Assembly: GCA_963840455.1 (NCBI GenBank)
Contig: CAWIYV010000011.1
Coordinates: 320,001 to 384,000 of the forward strand
Length of the DNA stretch: 64,000 nucleotides
Direction of reading: 5' to 3'
Source: Nitrospirota bacterium
GTDB lineage: Bacteria > Nitrospirota > UBA9217
Made by a program: the position numbers and the translations under genes. Below are positions 58,479 to 64,000 of the stretch, one piece after another. The notes under the pieces were generated by a model. That model was not told the origin of the DNA and ran no database searches. It saw only the letters and a list, made by a program, of their open reading frames with translations. Position 1 is the stretch's first letter; each line of letters starts with the position of its first letter.

Positions 58479-59933
58479 ATGAGTGATATCGTCAACAAGC
58501 TCTGGGGTTTCTGCCATACACTGCGCCACGATGGCATCGATTACGGCGATTACATCGAACAGCTTACTTACCTGTTGTTCCTGAAAATGGCTGATGAGCG
58601 CGATATTAACCTTTCCAAAACAGTCTGGATCAATGAAAAGGGTAAAAAAGTCATAACTGATTGCGGATGGCCGGCCTTGCGAGATAAGTCCGGAACAGCC
58701 TTGACCGATCATTTTGTCGATGTTCTCCGTGCTCTTGGTAAGCAGACAGGAATGCTGGGCGACATTTTCAGTCAATCCATGTCTCGTTTCAATAATCCAG
58801 TAAATCTCAAAAAATTGATCGGAATGATCGATGATGAAGAATGGTCTTCCATGGATGTGGACATAAAAGGGGCAGCGTTCGAGGGCCTTCTTGAAAGAGC
58901 GGCAAGCGAGGGAAAGAAGGGGGCGGGACAATACTTTACGCCACGTGTCCTCATTCAATCAATCGTACGTGTCATGAAGCCCGATCCGCGAGGAAAGTCG
59001 GATTTCAAAATCAGTGATCCTGCCTGTGGAACTGGAGGATTTCTCGTCGTTTCCTATGAGTGGCTTGTCGAAGCGTCTAAGGGTGTTTTTGATCGGAGCG
59101 AGGCGAAGCGCATACGAAGCAAAACGTACTTCGGCCAGGACCTTGTGCCTCGTCCCCGCAGACTTGCACTAATGAATCTCTTTCTACACGGAGTCGAGCC
59201 ACACATCTATCTGGGTGATACGATCTATACACCACCTCGCGCTGAGCGATATGACGTGATCCTCACAAATCCGCCCTTCGGCACCAAAGGTGCGAACCAG
59301 GCACCTGACAGAGAAGACTTCACCATTGAAACGAGTAACAAGCAGCTCAACTTCGTTCAACATGTCATGAACATTCTTAAACCCGGTGGTCGCGCAGCAA
59401 TAGTGTTGCCGGACAACTGTCTCTTTGAAGATAAAGCGGGCGAGGTCTTTGAAATCTTGATGAAGGACTGCAACTTACACACGGTCCTGCGTCTGCCGCG
59501 TGGTACGTTCACACCTTACAGCCAGGGAGTGAAGGCAAACGTCATCTTCTTCCAAAAAGGATTACCCACGGAAGATACCTGGATATTTGACGCTCGCTCC
59601 AATGTGCCAGGCATTACAAAGAAAGACCGTCCGCTTTCGCCACTTCACTTTGCGGAGTTTGAGAAGTGCTATGGCAAAGACCCAAATGGACGGAGTAAAA
59701 GGATCGACCTCGGGGAAGAAGGTCGGTTCCGGAAGTTCTCTATATATGACATCAAAAAGCGTGATTACAAGCTCGATGTTACCTGGCTTAAGGATGAATC
59801 GCTTGACGACAGTGACGAATTGCCAGAGCCTCAGGAATTGGCGGAAGAAGCAATAACGGAACTTGAAGCGATTGTTGACGATTTGCGAGTAATCGTGACG
59901 TTGACGGAAAAGGAAGAGGGCGTGAAGAAATGA
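58479..59933 (+). CDS. hsdM: Type I RM methyltransferase subunit
   Basis: GQYFTPR, DPACGTGGF, TNPPFG; intact 484 aa. Confidence 0.95.
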   Translation: MSDIVNKLWGFCHTLRHDGIDYGDYIEQLTYLLFLKMADERDINLSKTVWINEKGKKVITDCGWPALRDKSGTALTDHFVDVLRALGKQTGMLGDIFSQSMSRFNNPVNLKKLIGMIDDEEWSSMDVDIKGAAFEGLLERAASEGKKGAGQYFTPRVLIQSIVRVMKPDPRGKSDFKISDPACGTGGFLVVSYEWLVEASKGVFDRSEAKRIRSKTYFGQDLVPRPRRLALMNLFLHGVEPHIYLGDTIYTPPRAERYDVILTNPPFGTKGANQAPDREDFTIETSNKQLNFVQHVMNILKPGGRAAIVLPDNCLFEDKAGEVFEILMKDCNLHTVLRLPRGTFTPYSQGVKANVIFFQKGLPTEDTWIFDARSNVPGITKKDRPLSPLHFAEFEKCYGKDPNGRSKRIDLGEEGRFRKFSIYDIKKRDYKLDVTWLKDESLDDSDELPEPQELAEEAITELEAIVDDLRVIVTLTEKEEGVKK

Positions 59934-61312
59934 TTGATGATCTTCCTAAAGGCTGGGCTAGCGCCAAAATCGAGCAGCTTTTCGATTTCAAATACGGCAA
60001 GGGGCTCCCGCAGGAGAAACGTAATATAAATGGTGCGGTCAAAGTGTTTGGCTCCAATGGCGTAGTGGGTGTTCACACACACGCGGTTACGAATGGGCCA
60101 ACGATAATCGTTGGCCGGAAGGGCTCGGTGGGCGAAGTTCACTTGTCATCTGAAAAGTGCTGGCCTATCGATACTACATATTATATTGATGCATTTCCTG
60201 CAGAAATGTCTCCAAATTATTGGACACTTTTCCTTAGGTCACTTCGACTCGGTCAGCAGGAAAAGTCTTCTGCAATCCCTGGTATTAGCCGTAGTGACAT
60301 TTATGACATCTATGTGCCGATTCCCCCGCTGAGTGAGCAGCGTCGTATCGAGGCAAAACTGGCGGAGATTCTTGAAAAAGGCGGTGACTGCCAAAAACGG
60401 CTGGAAAAAATTCCGGCAATTCTTAAACGCTTTCGCAAATCTGTCCTTGCCTCTGCTTGCTCGGGCCGTCTTACGGCAGATTGGCGAGATAAGAATCCGT
60501 ACGTAAAGCCATACTCAATTAAGGGACAGCAAGATAGTTCGGAGGTACGCGACGACGAGGCGATCGATCCCTCAAGTTGGCGGATAACGCAACTTGGCAT
60601 TTTGACCACACTGATAACGAGTGGTTCTCGCGGGTGGGCGAAGTACTATTCTAAATCGGGTTCTATGTTCATTCGAGCGCAGAACATAAACTCCGACGTT
60701 CTCAATTTGGATGATATTGCCTTTGTTAAGCTACCTGCCCGCACAGAAGGATTGAGGACTAAAATCCAAAAGCACGATCTCCTCGTTACGATTAGTGGCG
60801 CTAACGTCACCAAGTCCGCACTCGTTGAAGAGTCGCCAAAGGATGCTTACGTGAGCCAACATGTGGCTTTAGTTCGGCTTTCCGATGTGCGTCTGAGCAA
60901 GCTCATCTATTTTTCGATCATTAGCCCTGCACACGGAAGGAAACAGCTACTTGCTGCTACTTATGGGCAAGGTAAACCCGGACTTAATTTAGACAACATT
61001 CGTGAAATGATTGTTTCAATTCCTCCTCTCAATGAACAACAGGAAATCGTCCGACGAGTAAACGAAATGTTTGCGTTAGCCGACCAAATCGAGGCCCGCT
61101 ATGCAAAGTCCAAAGCATATGTGGACAAAATCTCTCAATCAATTCTCGCGAAAGCTTTTCGTGGTGAACTTGTACCGCAGGATCCGAATGATGAACCCGC
61201 ACATATTCTGCTGCAACGCATTCATACAATAAAAAATAGCCTTCATAACCTCTCTCCAAAGCGATCTGCGAAAAAAGGCCGTAAGCCAGCCAAGCGTTTC
61301 CAGATTTCTTAA
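59930..61312 (+). CDS. hsdS: Type I RM specificity subunit
   Basis: Two TRDs, each followed by PPL.EQ..I; SILAKAFRGELVPQDP. Confidence 0.95.
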   Translation: MIDDLPKGWASAKIEQLFDFKYGKGLPQEKRNINGAVKVFGSNGVVGVHTHAVTNGPTIIVGRKGSVGEVHLSSEKCWPIDTTYYIDAFPAEMSPNYWTLFLRSLRLGQQEKSSAIPGISRSDIYDIYVPIPPLSEQRRIEAKLAEILEKGGDCQKRLEKIPAILKRFRKSVLASACSGRLTADWRDKNPYVKPYSIKGQQDSSEVRDDEAIDPSSWRITQLGILTTLITSGSRGWAKYYSKSGSMFIRAQNINSDVLNLDDIAFVKLPARTEGLRTKIQKHDLLVTISGANVTKSALVEESPKDAYVSQHVALVRLSDVRLSKLIYFSIISPAHGRKQLLAATYGQGKPGLNLDNIREMIVSIPPLNEQQEIVRRVNEMFALADQIEARYAKSKAYVDKISQSILAKAFRGELVPQDPNDEPAHILLQRIHTIKNSLHNLSPKRSAKKGRKPAKRFQIS

Positions 61313-61659
61313 TATTATTACCGGCCCCCCCCCAAACGCCACAATCACAAGAGCATCAACAATATCTAATAACAGGAATGGCCACCATGTTGTTGATTAA
61401 TATCATTTTTAACCCTTATTTTCAGCCAGTTACAAACTAAAACATTTTTCAACCGCGCCATTCAAGGATGAAATCCATGCATACCCACGAAGATCCCGTG
61501 AATACTGACTAAATATGGAGTCAAAATACACTTGACTCCACTATATATAGTGATATATTCAGCGTGATGGATTTATTCTTGTGGTTTGATCATTTTCAGC
61601 GCTGAACACGAACATTGGATAATAGCTGCAAAGGCAGACCCTATATATCACGATATGCC

Positions 61660-61739
61660 TTACGCATGCTGCGTAAAAAGTCCTTGACTCGAGGGACTTG
61701 AACTGGTATTGTAAGGATGGGATTACGCATATTGCGTAA
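61660..61739 (+). promoter_or_regulatory. Sigma70 promoter flanked by two palindromic operators
   Basis: TTACGCA-N3-TGCGTAA at 61660-61676 and 61723-61739 around TTGACT(61684)-17-TATTGT(61707). Confidence 0.8.
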
Positions 61740-61752
61740 AAGGAGGTGTGCG

Positions 61753-62127
61753 ATGAAGTTCGGTCAGCTCTTGAAAAAGGCCCGGACTGGGGAGAAAAAA
61801 ACATTAAGGGAGGTTGCTGCCGCATCTGGACTTTCAATCAGTTTGGTATCAGACATAGAGCATGGCAGAAGAAGCGTATCCTCGTTGGAGGTTGTTGGGA
61901 AGATCGAAAAGTTCCTGAATATAACAGATGGATCTTTAGCAAAAGCAGCTCAGAAGGAAAAGAGTCTCGATGTGCCACCCGACGCAAAGGAGCTATTTTG
62001 GAAACGGGGACCTGAACTGAGCATGGCACTCTTGAGAGCATCAACCGAACTTTCAGAAGAGGCGATACACAAGCTTATCGATGAAATGCAGAAGAATGCT
62101 CAGCAGGCACAGGCAGAGGAGGATTAG
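61753..62127 (+). CDS. XRE HTH repressor (CapH/ImmR-like)
   Basis: FGQLLK.AR...TLREVA...GLS.S.VSDIEHGRR; RBS AGGAGGTG. Confidence 0.88.
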   Translation: MKFGQLLKKARTGEKKTLREVAAASGLSISLVSDIEHGRRSVSSLEVVGKIEKFLNITDGSLAKAAQKEKSLDVPPDAKELFWKRGPELSMALLRASTELSEEAIHKLIDEMQKNAQQAQAEED

Positions 62128-62130
62128 TTG

Positions 62131-62727
62131 ATGTCGGTCTCGGAACTTGCTTTCCCCGCGATGCGTGGATCTCGAATAGACAACCTTGCATTGGATCTCA
62201 TAAGAACGATCCAGCCGGACGTCCTCGCGGGAAAGTGTTTTTTTGACGTAGAGCGATTCGTGGATGTGCACCTTGAGGAGATGACAGGCATTACACCAGA
62301 CTATAGGCGTGGACTTCCCGATGGTATTTATGGATACACGCACACAGCGGAAAATAGCATGGTGATCAATTCAGACCTTCTCGAAAACCCCTTCGGCGAC
62401 AACGAACGATTTTATCGATCAACAGTAGCGCATGAGGTAGGACACTGCATCTTACACGTTCCAATATTACGACGGCAAAAGAGAGATAAGATTTTTACAG
62501 AGAACAAGAAAGAGGAAAAGGTTGCACTCTACCGTAAGACCCATTTTCCACTGTATCAGAATCCTGAGTGGCAGGCATGGCGCTTTGCGGGGGCTCTATT
62601 AATGCCCGAGGTTGTAATTAGATCATTGCGCGGCCAGGGAGCGAGTATACAGGAAGTCGCAACTCATTTTAATGTGAACGGGAGTTTTGTGGAGAGCAGA
62701 ATGAAAGCGTTAAAAATGACCACATAA
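62131..62727 (+). CDS. ImmA/IrrE-family metallopeptidase (CapP-like)
   Basis: R.T.AHEVGH (HExxH), EWQA..FA.ALLMP, C-terminal HTH. Confidence 0.92.
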   Translation: MSVSELAFPAMRGSRIDNLALDLIRTIQPDVLAGKCFFDVERFVDVHLEEMTGITPDYRRGLPDGIYGYTHTAENSMVINSDLLENPFGDNERFYRSTVAHEVGHCILHVPILRRQKRDKIFTENKKEEKVALYRKTHFPLYQNPEWQAWRFAGALLMPEVVIRSLRGQGASIQEVATHFNVNGSFVESRMKALKMTT

Positions 62728-62815
62728 AAAAAGCGTCAAGCCGTTGTTAGAGCAACGCTTGACGCTACCCCCTCTAGGGAACGAGGGGTGTCTTGACCCG
62801 GGTGGGCCAGACCAC
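62725..62815 (-). ncRNA. Predicted ~90-nt antisense small RNA
   Basis: Minus-strand TTGACA-18-(TGn)TATCTT promoter at 62851-62822 and a terminator hairpin (62732-62766) with a T-run. Confidence 0.45.
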
Positions 62816-62890
62816 ATAAGAAAGATACCATTCCTTTCGCCCACCTGTCAAGACCAATAATCTGTTTCCCAGAAAGCTGGTGATGGCCTT

Positions 62891-63004
62891 ATGGCCAAAT
62901 CCGGATCCACGGTCGTATTCCGTCCGTGGATAATCGCTAAGGGTAGGCGCTACGCGTCCGCCTGCAGCAAGGGCTTTTCCCATTCAGGTACAGAAGAATC
63001 CTGA
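62891..63004 (+). CDS. 37-aa microprotein or frameshifted remnant
   Basis: MAKSGSTVVFRPWIIAKGRRYAS...; an alternative frame continues RAFPIQV. Confidence 0.35.
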   Translation: MAKSGSTVVFRPWIIAKGRRYASACSKGFSHSGTEES

Positions 63005-63081
63005 TGGGACGGGGGAGGTCTGTGTCTCCCCCTATTCCAAGAAAGCTCGGCATTGGGAATGCTGAGCGATAGGAGATCACT

Positions 63082-63261
63082 ATGGCTAAAAATCCGCCCT
63101 ATGGAGACGGACACCGGCACGGAGCAGTAACAGGAAGGTCTCAAACGCTGAACACAAAGACCAATCTTTGGACGAAGCGCGATACTGAGACAGGTCGTTT
63201 TATCAACCAGAAGTCTGACCCGAAACCCTTCAAAGGGGTTCGGAAAGAAGGAGGCAAATAA
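63082..63261 (+). CDS. 59-aa basic microprotein (below the ORF-track cut-off)
   Basis: AGGAG RBS; MAKNPPYGDGHRHGAVTGRSQ...WTKRD..TGRF...FKGVRKE; stop 1 bp before the next ATG. Confidence 0.75.
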   Translation: MAKNPPYGDGHRHGAVTGRSQTLNTKTNLWTKRDTETGRFINQKSDPKPFKGVRKEGGK

Positions 63262-63262
63262 C

Positions 63263-63916
63263 ATGGAAAGGGACAACAAGCCCGGGCACAATCACGAGGA
63301 CCACATCACTATCATCGTGAATCAGGTCTCTCACCACATTTCGAGCAGCACCGTAACAGCAGCCTATCTCCGCGAACTTGCGGGAGCCGGAGCTGACTAT
63401 GAGGTATGGAAGGTAATCAAATCTCCTGATCCGGAAGGACAGCTGCCTGTCGATGATATGCAGGTCAAGGACAGCATTGAGGTAAAGAGCGGGGACAAGT
63501 TCAGGGTCGTCCCTCCGGGAACCTTCGGAACGGTGGCTACATTGCCGGCTGGCCAGCTTTCTCGGGAGTTGGAGCAACTCCATGAACAGGGCTGTGAAAC
63601 CGAAGTGCATGAAGACAGCAGCCTCACGATTGTCATATTCAAAAAGTTCCCTCTTCCTAAGGGGTATAACATGGAGGCAACCGATGTTCTTATAAAGGTT
63701 CCTTTGTCATACCCGAATGGACAACTGGACATGTTCTGGACCGAACCGAACCTTCGACTCGCAAGCGCCAATGGCCAGACAGCGACATCGGTCGAGCAGA
63801 TCCTTGGCAGACAATGGTTGCGGTTCTCGTGGCATCCCCAGAAATGGAACCCGGGCAGGGACAACATACTGACCTTCGTTGAGTTCATCAACAGGAGGCT
63901 CGCCCAACTGAAATGA
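63263..63916 (+). CDS. Ubiquitin-like (multiubiquitin) domain fused to a prokaryotic E2/UBC-like domain (Bub-type)
   Basis: Beta-grasp-like segment ending PGTFG, then LP.GY...L..VP..YP....DMFW and W.RFSWH...WNP motifs. Confidence 0.75.
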   Translation: MERDNKPGHNHEDHITIIVNQVSHHISSSTVTAAYLRELAGAGADYEVWKVIKSPDPEGQLPVDDMQVKDSIEVKSGDKFRVVPPGTFGTVATLPAGQLSRELEQLHEQGCETEVHEDSSLTIVIFKKFPLPKGYNMEATDVLIKVPLSYPNGQLDMFWTEPNLRLASANGQTATSVEQILGRQWLRFSWHPQKWNPGRDNILTFVEFINRRLAQLK

Positions 63917-64000
63917 GCAAAGAATATACCATACGAATCTCTGAACAAGATCTCAAGCTGTGCAGGTCGGCCGTCATGGCCGACCTGCCTAAAGAGAGCG
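63913..64000 (+). CDS. 5' part of the next operon gene (probable JAB/ThiF E1-like protein), cut by the window edge
   Basis: ATGA overlap; MSKEYTIRISEQDLKLCRSAVMADLPKES; identity inferred from context only. Confidence 0.4.
   Translation, partial: MSKEYTIRISEQDLKLCRSAVMADLPKES

Overview
The window has two parts. About 1-32,300 is GC-rich core genome, which by gene content and repeat families looks like a Nitrospirota or deltaproteobacterium-like anaerobe (inference). It holds a PAS kinase/sigma54 regulator pair, an MFS transporter, a CoA-activase fusion, ilvA, glycosyltransferases, a radical SAM enzyme, an extH/extI-like rhodanese-porin operon whose rhodanese has an in-frame UGA plus SECIS (selenoprotein), an isomerase-only glmS paralog, and several nested non-coding hairpin/MITE repeats. 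From 32,306 to the window end the DNA is visibly AT-richer and forms a Tn7-like genomic island. Three left-end-like sequences (32306, 39698, 42101) and one opposite end (ending at 39691) point to stacked tandem insertions. The first module (32306-39691) has no transposase and carries a WYL regulator, three CTGACA-N6-TGTCAG boxes and a beta-CASP nuclease + PD-(D/E)XK operon, a candidate new defence system. Next come exported cell-wall-hydrolase-like cargo genes (one followed by an attC-like site) and a decaying tns operon (mini-TnsB ORF, tnsA, frameshifted tnsB, tnsC, two tnsD). These are followed by a type I RM locus with a shattered hsdR and a CapH/CapP-like pair preceding a Bub-like ubiquitin operon (Ubl-E2 fusion), with a predicted antisense sRNA and two unannotated microproteins in the leader. 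The other end of the Tn7-like element is outside the window. No CRISPR array, cas, rRNA or tRNA genes were seen. Family assignments come from motif recognition by eye, not from database searches.
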